From Enoplolaimus lenunculus (Eukaryota), in contig JASANG010000611.1 of NCBI GenBank assembly GCA_030248215.1, forward strand, positions 496,001 to 560,000: a DNA stretch of 64,000 nt, written 5' to 3'. The position numbers were made by a program, and so were the translations under genes. The notes under the pieces are model-generated. The model saw nothing but the letters and a program-made list of their open reading frames with translations. It had not been told where the DNA came from and searched no databases. Every line of letters begins with the position of its first letter. The stretch's first letter is position 1. Shown piece by piece: positions 28,701-41,528 of the stretch.

Positions 28701-30152
28701 CACACGAACAATTCAAAACCAGGCACAGCTAAACTTTCGTTTGATCGCTCAAGTATTGGACCAAATTTCAGCTCAAATTACCAAGTAACACAAGATTCGA
28801 TGCATTCTGGTGATTTTCCACCTCCACCGCCTATGAAATCTTCACCAAGCCCTCCTGAATCACGCAAGAAGCTGTTGACTCAACTATATCAACACGAGCC
28901 GGTAAATTCTAGCGTTAATTCAGCTCATTCTAACCGTGTTCCGGAATTAAGCCGCCGCCCGGAACTCGACTGTAATAATAGACGTTCCAGCGTTATTTCT
29001 TGCGCGTCATCATCTCAGAGCAGTAGTTGTAGATCAAGTTGTTCAACGGATGTTTCCAGTTGTTGTAGCGGAGTCGCTGGTGGACCTTCTGGGAATAAAG
29101 GGACCTGCGCCACTGCGAATACTTTCGGTAGACAAGCTCCATCCCGTGGTTACAGCAGCAATCCAGGAGGGGGAGGAGGGGGCACTACTACTTGCTCTTG
29201 TTCGTGTGAACCAGGGGACGACAGTGATTGCGGATGTTGTTCGTCAGCGCGATCGTCAACCAGCACCCTTATTCAGCAAGGGCTAGGCGGCTTTGCAAGT
29301 GGTACGGTTTACTCTCACGAACCTGGATTACCATCTGTCAGTACAAAATTGGCGAAATCTAAGCGCGACGAATTCAATGCCTCAAATTCTGGTAAATTCT
29401 CAAATACTACCAACAACCGACGTATATACGGTCTTTACCAGCCAGAATCACGAAATCGCCACTTAGAACCTTTTAGCACACCAACCGGGTCACCCGGGGT
29501 TGCTCTGGCGGATGCGACAACGCCATATTTTACCCCTTCTAACAACAGTCAACAATTCTCTTCCGCGAAGTCTTCTAACGATAATTTTCGCAGCGCAAAC
29601 AGTAACAGGGCTCAACGGAGTAGTAAAACGACCACTCCATACTCGGTAACTGATATACCGCTTAAAGGAAACTCAAGCTCAGCTGTGGCACATTCCAAAA
29701 ATTTAAACAATCCCAGTGGACCTAAACGAGAACCTCAAAGCACAGACGAACCGCTAAGGACAGCTAAAATTCGGAGCACTCGCCGGCCTAGGCCGGTCAG
29801 CTCAGGCAACGGCCCAGTGCCGTCTCGAGTACCAAATGTTGGCCCGGGTAAATCCGACATTGACCTGAGAAACACTTCTGAGAGGCTAGCGCCAAGGCTT
29901 GCACCACCTTATGATTCGTCAAATTTACCACTGGGCAAAACCTCCGCGTCTAACCAACGTTCTGCTACTGTTCTCACTCAAACGAATGGTGCAACGCATG
30001 TTGTAGCCCAATCGAATTATAGTAATACAGCGCACAATTTCGCTGGTCCTATTAATTCGAGCACATCTGCCTCCGTGATGTCTAAAGATCAATCTGGGAC
30101 CCCAACGAAAGAAAGCGTCCGACGAAGATTACCAATGGAAACTTCAATGTGA
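1741..30152 (+). CDS. bark: Bark beetle/Anakonda-like type I membrane protein (SRCR + parallel beta-helix repeats, C-type lectin, TM, long S/P-rich tail, C-terminal PDZ-type motif), 24 exons, ~3750 aa
   Basis: Phase-consistent GT-AG exon chain: 1741-2004, 2780-2943, 4124-4317, 4925-5120, 5687-5841, 6450-6578, 7427-7596, 10698-10903, 11705-11811, 12628-13989, 14878-15039, 15509-16105, 16522-16721, 17216-17504 (acceptor uncertain), 18349-18500, 19128-19689, 19881-22028, 22580-22726, 23130-24120, 25088-25251, 25581-25696, 26128-26265, 26862-26994, 27634-30152; sum 11265 nt (3755 codons). Signal peptide; three SRCR starts (FRLVDG..GRLQ, MRLI..EGRLEV..GEWGTIC, GFLEIY..PICD); repeated LTIxxGxELxF/NYWG/RIFD motifs; CTLD (CPPGWF..LPFVCEK); TM; ends PMETSM. 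Confidence 0.88.
2988..3151 (+). pseudogene. Tandem duplicate of bark-like exon 2 (pseudo-exon or mutually exclusive alternative exon)
   Basis: 164-nt copy of 2780-2943 with intact AG and GT sites, 208-bp period, 3 exonic substitutions. Confidence 0.75.
4787..4929 (+). repeat. ~74-bp tandem duplication containing the exon-4 acceptor
   Basis: CTACGGATA..TTGAATTTTATTTCGCAGAAT..ATCCTTCTACCA..TTCAG|AGG twice; AG ends at 4850 and 4924. Confidence 0.85.
7605..7868. mobile_element. GC-rich palindromic MITE (CCGTC/GACGG repeats), relatives at ~5400-5496 and ~45755-45878
   Basis: Ends AGGATTGCGATATACTTT / AAATGTAGCACAACCT; GACGGCGCCGTACG motifs shared among three loci. Confidence 0.6.
10101..10415. 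mobile_element. MITE with ~45-bp TIRs
   Basis: CAAGAGTGGATGATCACTCT..ACAAGAGTGTGCAACT versus AGTTGCACACTCTTGT..AGAGTGATCATCCACTCTTG. Confidence 0.7.
12628..13989 (+). CDS. bark: bark-like exon 10 (beta-helix repeats)
   Basis: ORF 12651-14003; acceptor ATTACAG before 12628, donor GTAAGT at 13990. Confidence 0.9.
14456..14860. mobile_element. hAT-type MITE carrying a captured host-exon fragment
   Basis: TIR CAATGGCGGATCCA...TGGGTCCGCCACTG; perfect 8-bp TSD AATCTAAT (14448-14455, 14861-14868). Confidence 0.9.
18570..19158 (+). repeat. Tandem array (~143-162-bp unit, ~4 copies) containing the exon-16 splice acceptor
   Basis: CAG|ATCAAATT acceptor copies end at 18665, 18827, 18984 and 19127. 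Confidence 0.9.
19881..22028 (+). CDS. bark: bark-like exon 17 (third SRCR unit)
   Basis: ORF 19814-22081; TTTATAG acceptor, GTGAGT donor; VVCRQLGF SRCR motif. Confidence 0.9.
24241..24611. mobile_element. Related hAT-type MITE
   Basis: GGCGGATCCA...TGGATCCGCCACT ends; near-perfect 8-bp TSD TTGCCAGG/TTCCCAGG. Confidence 0.7.
27634..30152 (+). CDS. bark: bark-like last exon: TM helix and cytoplasmic tail
   Basis: TTTTTGTAG acceptor; GIVAIVLVVLLLIIMLVLVVFW followed by basic KSRARKR; stop after METSM. Confidence 0.9.
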
Positions 30153-31272
30153 TATTATATTTGTTTTCAAACTGCAAACCTTATATATTTAGCATGATTA
30201 TGAAAGTTGTATTTTAGATACTTTACAAATACCTTGGAGCAGCGTATTTACTACAGCAAGGTTGTATACCTAAAGAGATATAGGAGATACATATCCCCTT
30301 GAAAATGCTGGAGTGACAAGAAAGGGTTTCACATCAGGTTTTATATTGTCCCGACGTGAAATGTTTGCTACGCGCCAGCACTGCAGTAGTTTCGTAGTGA
30401 GAAATATGCAATAGCAAATTATAGAAAAAGGGAATGCTTAAAGAAAGATGAAAGTGATGCAAAACGTACTCGTACAACAAACATACCAAACTGAAAGGGT
30501 TAAATCACACATGTAATGTTATTGTTAGCCCCTACAAGACGTCTGATTGGAGCCCGTATTCTCAAATGTGTTTAAGTAAGCGAACTAAGGCAGCTGCAAA
30601 TGCCAAATTCGACTTATTCAGTACGGTGGAATCAAGTGCAAAAAATATGCCAAATTTTGAAGCTCTAGATTGCCCTGGCTGTCCTCAAATTTTGCAGGAC
30701 ATTTCGTCAACTGGTAATAAGAGTTCATAGGTACATTCGAGGATATGGGCATAGGTATTTTTGAGATAACCGTCAATGGCGAACTTTTGCAGAAGTATAG
30801 TCACCAATTGTTTGTCTTGGTTCTCATATATATGTTGTGTTTTAAATTAATGTTAACATTGTTCTTGCCAGTTTTATTGTAGGTTCGTTCTGTTGTGTGC
30901 AGTTGCAGTTTATATTTTCGCTAGATGTCGTGAATTCTACTATAAATGTATTAAATTGTAACTTTTGTACTTTTTTTCCAGTAGGAAGGGAGTTTCGTGC
31001 GTGTTGGATAAGTATGCATGTATTTGGCAGTTTTCGCAAAAAAATCATTTCTCTTTGGCAAGCTTTGACCCGGCCTTGAAGCATGACATTTCACAAATGG
31101 AACTGTGGCGGCCTGTGCGCTCAATAGTCGTCCCCATTTCACGATCAAATTTTTACTGCCACCTAACGGTGTTGCACGAAAGTGTTTCTCGTGACCAGCA
31201 AAAATTGCAGTTATATTGTAAAAATTAAACTAAGCAATTTTGATGCTGTTTTCCGAACTTTTTACTTACATG

Positions 31273-31621
31273 CAGGGTGTAAACGGATAGTAAAAATAAC
31301 GGAACGGAAACGGATATTGAAGCACGAATTTCCGAAATGTTTTATTATTCTGCAACACTATTGAGGCGTGCATATATTCACCGGTCTTTCAAAAAATTTA
31401 AAGAAACAAGGGCGGTTGCTTCGAAATTTATTTAAAGGTTTAGGATGAATTTCATAATTTATATTTCAGTTCGAACTATAGCAGCCTGTCTATAACGAAA
31501 AATTGCGAGATATATGTGATTTACAACTTATTTTAAACGTAAAAATGACTTAATTTCTGTTATTTCTAGAACGGAAACGAACGCCGATTTTTGCCAGAAC
31601 CGGATACGCGGGAACACCCTG
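31273..31621. mobile_element. MITE (CAGGGTGTAAACGGA family)
   Basis: CAGGGTGT...ACACCCTG ends, AACGGA subrepeats; homologous copy at ~54618-55010. Confidence 0.65.
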
Positions 31622-34470
31622 CTATGCAATTAATACATTTTCTCGGAGCCTTTGCTTATTCGGTACAGTTTTGAATTCAACTTAGCAAGCGGCGGACATG
31701 AAAAATTCGATTGACGATAGAAATTTTGTATATATGTCAGGTCACCCGAAAAAATTTTCAGCGTATTTTAGAGTGAAAAGTTTCAATACTGAAAGGAATC
31801 TATCCGATTTTTGTTCAATTTTTCTGTCATGCGGGCGCAGCCTGGCCCATTAGTCGTTCAATTCCGACTCGCCCTACGGGGCCCATACTCCGCCTCAATC
31901 AATGGTATCTCCCTGTATTTTTGGCATGGCTCTTTTTGCTTCTAATAGTAAGGTTGGCGGCTACATATGATCGTGAATGTTCTCATATCACAGGATACAG
32001 TGGAAAGCGATCAACCTATGCTCAACAACGTAGTTCGCGAATCCAAATTTGTAAAATGTTTCAAAACTTTCAATTAAATTTGACGCTGACTATCTATTAA
32101 TTCTTTACCTAATCTTAAATATTGTAAAGCTCGAGTCTTTTTCGTTATCCGTCAGTAATTAATGCTTGCCATGCCATTGTCCAATCGATTTTAATTTTTG
32201 TACAGTTAAACAGCTCATGATCACCATGATATTTCAACGCCCAAATTTTAGTTTTTGAAACATTCGGTGCTTTGAGATGCTTACGCCAAACAGTTAACAG
32301 CGAAAAAATTAATTTCAACAATTTATGTGCGACATTCCAAACCGCAATGCTATGCGAGCTGGATCTCGTGGTAACTTTAGCCATTTGAGTGCTCAAACAG
32401 TTCTTTGATCATAACATGTCAAACAACAGTGCAACTGCTGTAAAGTTAACATCATTCACATGATGACTTTTCAACAATTGAGTTGTTAGTGTCGAAAACT
32501 TGATGAACATTAATTGTGAACGTGAACTGCCAGGGAACAACCGAAAGCTATATCACTGTGGCTAAATAGATAAGTGCACCGACACACCAAAGACACATTT
32601 CCGGGGTAATCGGGGAGTAGGTTCCGTGGAAAATTGTGCGCTGAGCTTCGCGATTAAACATGGCATCACACACGGTATTTTTTGCCGACATGAGCGTTAG
32701 GAAACATAAAGCGAGGATTTTCGCCAGGTATTATGTTGGACGTACTGTTACTAAATCCTTCAGCAAAGTTAGCTCTTCGGACTTAACGTGTATCCGGATA
32801 TCCGAAATGCTATTGTGTAACAAATTTTTTGGAATAATTTGCATTGTGCCAAAATTAAAAAAACTAGCTTGATATTTATCGGAGTATGACTTCGTAAGTA
32901 TTTTTAAATTATCTCAAAATTAGCTCAGTGAAAAATTTCATCGAATACGCGCTGTCAAGTACTAAATACATTAGATTTGCAATAAATAAAATTTACTTAT
33001 ATACATATATCTTGTCGGATCGCGAGATTACATACTGGGCGTCATTTTAAGATGCGCTAAACCAGTCATCAAACGAAATAAATGACTCAATTCAAATCCA
33101 AATAATCGCGTCGCTTTTACACAGTAATATGCATGAAAAACTATAAATTTCTGAACTGTTGAAAATATATACATTTAAGGTCCGGCTGTAGTCTACATAT
33201 ATAAGATCACAAAAAGTGAAAGTATATATTTATGTCTTAAAAATTGAAATTTAATTGAAATTTTATCAGGGGAGATTATGAGGAGCCAAATCGGCATTTA
33301 TGTACCCAACCGATTATTAAAGACTAGAGAGGGTCCTGAAGGTATGGACAAATATTACTTTTAGCATTGTAACAAACAAAACATATTCCCAAGTTTAAGC
33401 CTCCACTGTGTAAAATACACAAGTCTAAAACACACCTTAAGCCTATTAGCCCAAGCAAGTACATAATTCCCCTCCAGAAAGTTTTTCTGTAAAAAATTAT
33501 ATGGTCCCTCCCTACATTCATAGGGTAGGGTTAACGAGTGGAAAATTTGAACTTTGCCACTCTAAAAAGGGTGGGTACCCCCTGGAGAGGCCAAATAAAT
33601 ATCAGTCCCCCCTTCTTATTCGGGCCACTCCAGTAATCCCCTAGCAGGGTGTAAACGGATATCTGTTTTCGTTTCAAAATCGGCGTCCGTAAATTAGGTT
33701 GTACGTCAACGAAAACCCTTGTATGCCCCTCCTAAAAAATTTTAGCTCCCCAGCAAGATGAACTGGGTAAGGTAAAAGCCCAAGCCAAAAAGTTAGTCTA
33801 AAAGCATAAACTGACTCCACTACAGCCCGGCAGAACAAAGATCCGGCTATCAGGTACATATCTCGCGATTTCTCATTGAATTGCTCGAAATGAAATAAAA
33901 ATTACGACATAGGCTAAGCCTCTTTGTTTACGGACCCGTTCCAGAGCGGCCCCTTCTTCAAAAGTCTGATTCTCGAGCTAAGATCCACCAACGAAAAAAA
34001 TCCTGGTTCGGCGCCACTGTCTTCCTGATCTGTCAATTTTTTAACACACAGATTTGTTCAATACGTTTGCCGTCAGTTATACATCAAATACTACGCACAC
34101 AAGTACATCTATTGGCTGTGTATGTATGTTGTTGCTAGCAGAAAGCTCGCGAAGCCTACCTACAATACGCGTACACTCTGTTCAACCGGCTTTTATGTGT
34201 ATGTTTGGTGTAACGAGAATGTTTTTGTTTGTTTCGGCTTTTTTACATTGCTTTTTGTTGTGGTTTTGTTTTCGGTAGAAACTTCCGGTAAATAGCTGGT
34301 GTACGAAAAGGGACAATGCTGGTAAGAGTGGATCTAGTGAAGAAAAAGGGGTCGCCCATCACTCCGACACTTGTAACCTTTAGTTCTTGCAGTTTCGGAC
34401 GTGTCATAAGGGTTGAAAACGCAAAATAGTTCAAATGTTCGACATCAGTGGTAGTCTTTCGGGATGTACT

Positions 34471-34860
34471 CAATGGCGGATCCATGGGGGGTACTCCGGC
34501 CATGGTCCCCCCAACAGCATCTCGACAAAAAATGTATAGGGTCAATTGCTGTTCTACGCTGTTTATTTCTCTGTTTTATACGCAATAGTATAAGCACGCT
34601 TTAAAGTTTCGAACTCACCTTTATTTGGCCCTGGGGTCATTTATGCGCTACAATTAGGAATAATAGATATTTATGGACTCTAACAAGGGTTTAAGAACTC
34701 TGCCCGCTTACGGACTCTTATTAGGGATACGGACTCCTATCAATTGGGACTCAAAATGGAAACCCCCTCATATTTGGGTCACTACAGTAAGGGTCAAAAA
34801 TAAGTTTATTACCTGTGAAATTTTGCCCCCCCCCATTTTGAGATCCTGGATCCGCCACTG
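34471..34860. mobile_element. hAT-type MITE, same family as 14456-14860, different internal sequence
   Basis: Same ~126-bp left arm and 56-bp right arm; perfect 8-bp TSD GATGTACT. Confidence 0.9.
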
Positions 34861-36479
34861 GATGTACTAACTAATGTCATTGTTCTCTTACCTCACAGTG
34901 ACTTGACTTCACCACTGGGAGTAGAAATTTGCGCCTAACAAAACCTATATATTTTAGAAAAAATCAATAGAAACATCATTTGCCGTTAAAGGAAATTTGT
35001 GACTTAACTTTTGTGAAATGTTCGTGTAAAAAACCGGTTTGCCGATTTCTTAGTTCTCAGATATGGTGAATTGCGGAAAGAGTTTGGTTTGAAAATGGTT
35101 GTATAATATGTAATTCTGTGGTAAATGATGATTCAGCTTTCCTTGCTTTACGATGAGCGTAGCGGTAAACTTTTTCTTGTATCTCAAAAATTTCGGGAGG
35201 GTATATATTTACCCTGTCCCTTGTTATTGATACAAAACCTGTGTTGCGAACCTTTGCTTGTTTTTTCTTAATCGTTGTTAGTTACATACATGTTATATTG
35301 TTATATATACTTGAAGTTTTATACCGAAGTACAGTAGGAAATTGATTGTGTTGTTTTATTTTTGACGTCGACGCAGAAACTTTTTTACACAGTCACGAGA
35401 TCTTACCGTGCTTTTGCAATATGTTACTATGCGCTTAAATACATACGCATGAAAAATACTGCAGTTTATCACTGCATTCTCATTTTTTATAATTCAGTAT
35501 TTCCGAGTCGATTCTTTGAAATTATCACCCTAATTTTTTGTCTTTCATGCTGCTGTGAAACCACGAGTATGACCCATCTAGAGCGGTGGGTCACTGCGAG
35601 CCAGAAAACAGAACCTGTTTGTAGCGCCGTCTGTAATTTCTTAAGGGAAATAAGCAACCGATTGGCAGTCGTGTTTTGCTCAGACAGTGGCGCAGTAGCC
35701 CGTGTAGGACGGACGATCCGTTTAAATATTTATGTCGTTTAAATTTGCATAACGTATATACGACGGAAAAATTTATTAAAAACAATCCCACTTATCCTAT
35801 AAATTGTTAAAATTGCATTTGGCTTTTCGCTCGTTTCGCTAACGAGCTTTATTTTATTGTTGTATAGCAAACCCAGCGAATGTGGCCTCATCGTTTTTGG
35901 ATTAACGGTTGGATCCTGCGCTTAAACATGGATTGGCAAACGTGTGCACTTAGTCAGAACATTAGCATTAATGGTCTGAACTTCACGAGTTTAACCAAGC
36001 ATTTACAGGCCTGTAGACACTTAGCTGTAAGTGGACCAGGAATGCTCAGCTTTTCCAGGAAAATCCCTCTCCCTCACTCTCTAAAAAAGTTAAGTTCCGC
36101 TTGTAACTCTTGCGAAATCAACCACATGCCCCTGCTTAAACTGTTTTAATCGCCCGTAGCATATTGAGCTGACTGGACTTGTGGATTTACATTTGATGAG
36201 GCTAGCTAGGTAATATACTTGATATTTGTTTGTAGTTTATTTCGGGTGTACGTGTGAGGGGTGCGGAGGCGTATGTACCAAATACCTACACATTGCCATT
36301 TCAAAAAATATCCCGAGAATTGTTGATATCATTGTTTTGAGTGGGAACGCAAGGAGTTAAAATGTTTTGTTTTCATTGATATATACCGTTCAACGTACTG
36401 TTTTGAAATGCATTTCAGTTTGTATGTTTGTTGAAAATTTGAATGCAGGGGCGTATACAAGAACGGCATAGAGTGGACA

Positions 36480-36978
36480 TATGTATGTCGTGCCCAAACA
36501 GCTATTTGCCTTTGCCCCAGTTGGCAACTGGGACGTCCCAAACGACAATGGTGGCACCGAATCCGCGATTTGACCGAATTTGAATCCATTACTAATTTTG
36601 CCGAACCCGAATCTTGCATGTTGCAAATTTCAGTTATAACTATCTAAAATGTGTTTCAGAATGTCAACGCACGCAATGCTAACGGCATAACTTTAAAAAG
36701 TTAATATATTTTGTGCCCGCCGTCAATTTTGAGATTTGTTACCTGAAACAACATTTTTTGATTGATATAACAAGTTATTTAAAACTTGAAAAACATATTG
36801 CTGAGAATATTGTTGGATTCGGCTTTTGGATTCTAATTTTACAGAATCGAATCCGAATCCGAACCACAAATTTTTGCCGAATCCGAACCTTGGTTGCCTT
36901 TCTGCCAAACAGCAATTGTTTTTGGGACGTCTCAGTTGCCAACTGAGGCAAACAGCTGTTTGGGGCTCGACATATATA
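36480..36978. mobile_element. Foldback element with ~60-bp TIRs enclosing CGAATC-repeat sequence
   Basis: TATGTCGTGCCCAAACAGC..GTTGGCAACTGGGACGTCCCAAA versus TTTGGGACGTCTCAGTTGCCAACTG..GCTGTTTGGGGCTCGACATA. Confidence 0.7.
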
Positions 36979-37043
36979 TTTGGTCCCAAAATTTCTGCAG
37001 AAGTAAAAAACATATTTGCTAGGCTTTCGAGAATGGGGCGAAT

Positions 37044-37239
37044 GGCCCATGTTACTTTAAGGGGCGTCTGGGTTTCTGGTGGGTCAATAAAAGAATAGGT
37101 TTAGATTCTAGATTACATTTTTTGCTTAGGCTTAGGCTTAGGCTTAGCATTAGGATTAGAAACACATTTTTGCGACGCTTAGGCTTAGGCTTAGGAATAC
37201 GCTTAATCTACTGTTACGCCCTTAAAAGTAACATTGGCC
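37044..37239 (+). mobile_element. MITE with internal TTAGGC repeats
   Basis: TIR GGCCCATGTTACTTTAAGGGGCGT...ACGCCCTTAAAAGTAACATTGGCC; AAT on both flanks. Confidence 0.8.
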
Positions 37240-37298
37240 AATGATGATTTTGAAACTAAGACGAATGTTTACTGATATTGGTTTGAGCTTTAAAGGAG

Positions 37299-37900
37299 CC
37301 GGTGTTATTGTTTCATTTTCTCCCATTGGGATTTCACCCCCCCCCCGAGAAAATTACTAGCTTGACATTTTTCTCCTCGTAAAATTTACACTAAAGCTTG
37401 TTTTACTCATAGTTTGACTTTAGAGATTTCGCACCCGTAAAGATTACTGCTTATCTCGGCATTTTCCCTGCACTTTTGTAGTTTCCCTACCACAGCAGTA
37501 AAGTTTCCCCTGCCACAAAATTTCATTTTCAGGAAGCGAAAAGTTTCCCTACATTTGCGTAGTGGCGGGGTGAAATTACAAAAAGTTTGTTTTTCCCGGA
37601 AGAATTAAACTGGCTGTGATAGCTTAATTTTGACCCCATAGGAATTTTGCCACTCCCCCAAAAAATAACTAGTTTGCCATTTTTCCAATTAGAAATTGAA
37701 ATGTTTTTATCATGTTCTAAGCGCTCTGACAACAGAAGTGCTTACTAGTAATTTTTGGGAAGGGGGGTGGCAACATCCCTGTTTTGGGCAAATTAAGCTA
37801 TCGCAGCCAGTTGAATTCTGGGGAAAAATGCCAAGCTAGTAATCGTTCCGGGGATGCCAAATCCTTAATTCCTATGGAGGAAAATTAAACTTAACGCCGG
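37299..37900. mobile_element. Element with long imperfect TIRs
   Basis: CCGGTGTTA..TTTTCTCCCATTGGG versus CCTATGGAGGAAAATT..TAACGCCGG; internal inverted blocks (ATTACTAG, GATAGCTTAATTT). Confidence 0.55.
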
Positions 37901-38587
37901 ATCAAAGTTCAGTTTATTAACAATTATAAACTTACAACATAAAATCGATATCCGATCGCGTCCTGCTATACAGTAACTGTCTGACTCTTTAGAGGTCAAA
38001 AAGTTTCTTATTCCTGAAGTTATACCATCCTGAAAGGAATTTTTGGCTACTTCTCTGAATAAATAAGAGAATGTTCACTTTCATTCGGTCAACAACTCGT
38101 TCGGCCGACACCAATTGCCTAACTTTCTGTTAAGAGTGTGCGGTCTTGGTCTCGGTCACGCTGTCCTGCAAGTCTCTGTATTTGTCGTCTGGCTCGATCT
38201 CAGACTCGTTGTTGTTCTGAGTCTCGATTGGTTTCAAGTCTCGGGTTTTGGTTTTGACCGAGACCATCGCACATCCCTGTTTTTTGTGGCGTTTGCGCAT
38301 GGTATATGCAAAAGTTTTACGAGCAACCGAAATTTTTTGATCTGCATAATCCGGCGTTATTCAAAAAACCTATAAAATGTTATATACTGTTTTCTTAAGA
38401 AATTTCGGGAGCGCATGTTTCCTTTGCCTCGTCCAAAGAAATGAATTCATATTATATTTGACTGTTGTTGGCCGAATCGAATGAAATCTTAGCCAAGTGA
38501 GAGTACACAATAGAGCAATGGTTTGTGCATCCATTAGACAGCAAAATGAGCTTCAAATCCTGTCACTTGCGTTCATTGTGGCTTGTA

Positions 38588-38963
38588 CAGGGTGCGACCG
38601 GATATTAATTTACCGAATACAGACACCGGATACGGATATTGAACTTTTAACGGAACAGGAACTGGATCCGGATATTGTATATGTTAAAATAATTCATTTT
38701 TTTCGCTGTATTTTTTGTATGATCAAGGTTTTCGTCTGTTATAAACTTCATAATTGCTGCTGTTGAACTTCTTGACTTTGCCCAGAAATGCAATCGCAAC
38801 AAGATGTTAAAGACGCTCACTTGTAAAAAGCAGTTTCATGATATTCCACACCACAACCGTAAATATCCGGTATCAGGTAGGTTTATACCGGATACCGGAA
38901 CCGGATACTGATATCAGTTATTGTCGGATGTTATACCAGGACCAGATATCCGGTCGCACCTTG
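38588..38963. mobile_element. MITE (CAGGGTGCGACCGGATAT family)
   Basis: TIR CAGGGTGCGACCGGATAT...ATATCCGGTCGCACCTTG; CCGGAT subrepeats; TSD not clear. Confidence 0.7.
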
Positions 38964-40694
38964 GGACTTCAACCTGAGCAACTGTCAAACTGTAGATTGA
39001 TTTAGTTGCAGTCAATTTTGCTGCAATTCTGCCAAGTCATTGACAAGATTAAATTTCAGAGCAGCTGTCTGTAAACCGTTAAAAATGGGCGTTAAAGCTT
39101 GAATTGACACGCGCACAAAACAAAACTAATTACTTCATAAAGTTGAAAGTTTGGATGCAAGCCGTCAGAAATATTGTAGGTCAGCAACCGTTTAACTTAC
39201 AAGCGAGATGGGTTCCCTTTGTAAGGTATCAGTCTGGTGCGCAGTAGCTTGTGCCCAGCGAGGGCACATACGAGAGGTTGCAATATATAATGATGCAAAA
39301 AAATCGCAAGCGAACTGAGCAAGAAGCCAAAATCCAAATAAGTGTTAGTAACGCAAGTTTTACCGTAAATTGCGCTATAGGAGCGAGATTTTTTACCATC
39401 CCATAGTAAAGCGGTTTTGCCGAGTGTTCCTAGGTGTCCGGCCCTCCCTACAAGGGATACAGGGGCGGTAGCTTGGCACTTTCAGTTAGGGGGCCAAAAA
39501 AATTTTATCAGTATCACGCGATTAAGATAGAGCGATTGCAAGTGGGGCTAAAATTTTCAATGGGTCAAAAGATTTCGCAACTTCTGCAGTTTCCTCCTAG
39601 GCTTAGGCTCATGTTCGGGTTTGGGCTTAGGCTCGTGTTCGGGTTTGGGCTTAGGCTCATGCTCAGGCTTATCAAAGTACCAATTTTTCTAGGGGGCTGA
39701 GCTCTTCTCTGGCTATGGACCTTCCCGAAACTAAAATACATGCTACGCTCATGCTATACACGTTAGAATTGTAGATATAAGGATGCCTTTGGTGGTATAT
39801 AAATCAAAAAGCTATTTTTAACTGATAGATTGATTTCTAGAGGGAATTAAAGACAGTTTTAGCTGGTTCAATGGAGCAAAAGCTTTACAGGTTAAGCGGA
39901 AATTTGGTGTTGCACAAAAATTTAGCGGCAATTGAAACTTCGAGAGTCGTTGAGCCGTCACGCAACTGCAATAAAAATCAGATTCGTAAATGGAAGCATT
40001 ACACCGGAACTGAAAAATGTAAAAAAACGGGAATTTTGCAGAGCAATAGGTACTATTGGAACTGCAGTGACAAAAAATTATTTTCAATATAAGTACTTGT
40101 TTCAATCAGGGATGTTACGTACGGTTTCGGATCTGAATTTTTGCACTTCACAACCGCAGATGGGGAAGCTGATTTAGTACCAAGATGCTTACTAAATTTT
40201 TGCCGACTCAATTCCGAACATCCGCAACAACCGTAGTATCAGAAGTATCCGTTTCAAAATGAGAAATTTTTCAAACAACTGAAATTTAATGTTTGAAACA
40301 AAAAAAATCATGAAACTGAAAATGTCTAAAATTGTGTGAATATTACCAATTTTATATACATACGTATCGGTGTCCACGAAAAAATGATTCCACAAAAAAT
40401 GACCCCCCCCCAAAATGACCCCCCAAAAAATGACCCAAAGCGGATTTTCGTGAGAGTCCAATTTTTATATTACCGTCGTGCAAAAAAATAACCCCATTAA
40501 GAAGAGACCCCCGGTCATTTTTACACGGCCAATATAGGAATGAAATATTTGACCCCCATTAAAAAGTGATCCCCGTTTTAATCGAGCCAAAGGTTGCAGC
40601 AGGAATGACTAGGAACTGCTGCTTATTAAATAAATGTGCTAAATATAACGCCGTTCCCCTTGGTACATACCCTCATTGAGATGTTGTCATTCAA

Positions 40695-41028
40695 TGCTGA
40701 AACGACCCGAATAAGAGGGGCGGGAGTAATGAGACGGCGTCCCCATTTTGAGTTCCAATCAAAAGGAGTCCGTATCCCTAATAAGAGTCCGTAAGCGGAT
40801 AGAGTCGCAAAACCGTAATTATATTTCATAAATGTCAATTGTTCCTTTCGGTATATACAAGACACATAAAAGTTCATTCAACGGATAATTGCAGTACCGG
40901 ATGTATATCGGTAACGAAGGGTGGCGGACGGCGGGTTAAAAGTAAATAACAGTCCGTGGCCGAATAACTGGGGACCCTCTGGAGAGGCCAAAAAATATCA
41001 GCCCACTCTGATTTGGGACACTACAGTA
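40695..41028. mobile_element. MITE ending ...CACTACAGTA (TA-target type); fragments also at ~33575-33635, 34590-34789, 56999-57154
   Basis: Shared blocks GTATCCCTAATAAG and GGAGAGGCCAAA..ATATCAG; terminus ATTTGGG(T/A)CACTACAGTA. Confidence 0.6.
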
Positions 41029-41170
41029 CACTTAGACATGCCTAATGTGCACAGTATGACATTCAGCGAAATTAACAGTTGTCACCGCTGTTTTTGCTTT
41101 AAGTCTTGGTGTTTATAATCATGTAATTTAGTGCTTAAGAATATTAGCCAATAGGAAGCATATTTTTCAC

Positions 41171-41528
41171 CAGGGTGCAACCGGAATTACAATTTACCGA
41201 AACCGGAAAGTGAAAAATGCATTTCACCAAATATTTCATTTTAATCGTATTTTTTGCTCTATTATTTGTGAAATAACCTTAGTCGAACATAGGTATTTAT
41301 TTTATTTGTTGTATTTTAGATTTTCGTCGTCGACTGAAGTGAAATCCACCATCAATGGCTTATATTCGGAGTACAAGTGGCTTTCAAAAGATTCTTAAAA
41401 ATTAGCAAAGTTAAGAAAACGGCCAAATTATAACACCGGAATTTTTAAATCCGGTAAAAATTTTCCGGAACCGGAACCGGAAGGTGAAAAAATGCCGGAA
41501 CTGGAACCGAAATTCCGGTTGCACCCTG
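41171..41528. mobile_element. hAT-type MITE (CAGGGTGCAACCGG family)
   Basis: TIR CAGGGTGCAACCGGAATT...AATTCCGGTTGCACCCTG; 8-bp TSD TTTTTCAC; internal CCGGAA subrepeats. Confidence 0.88.
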
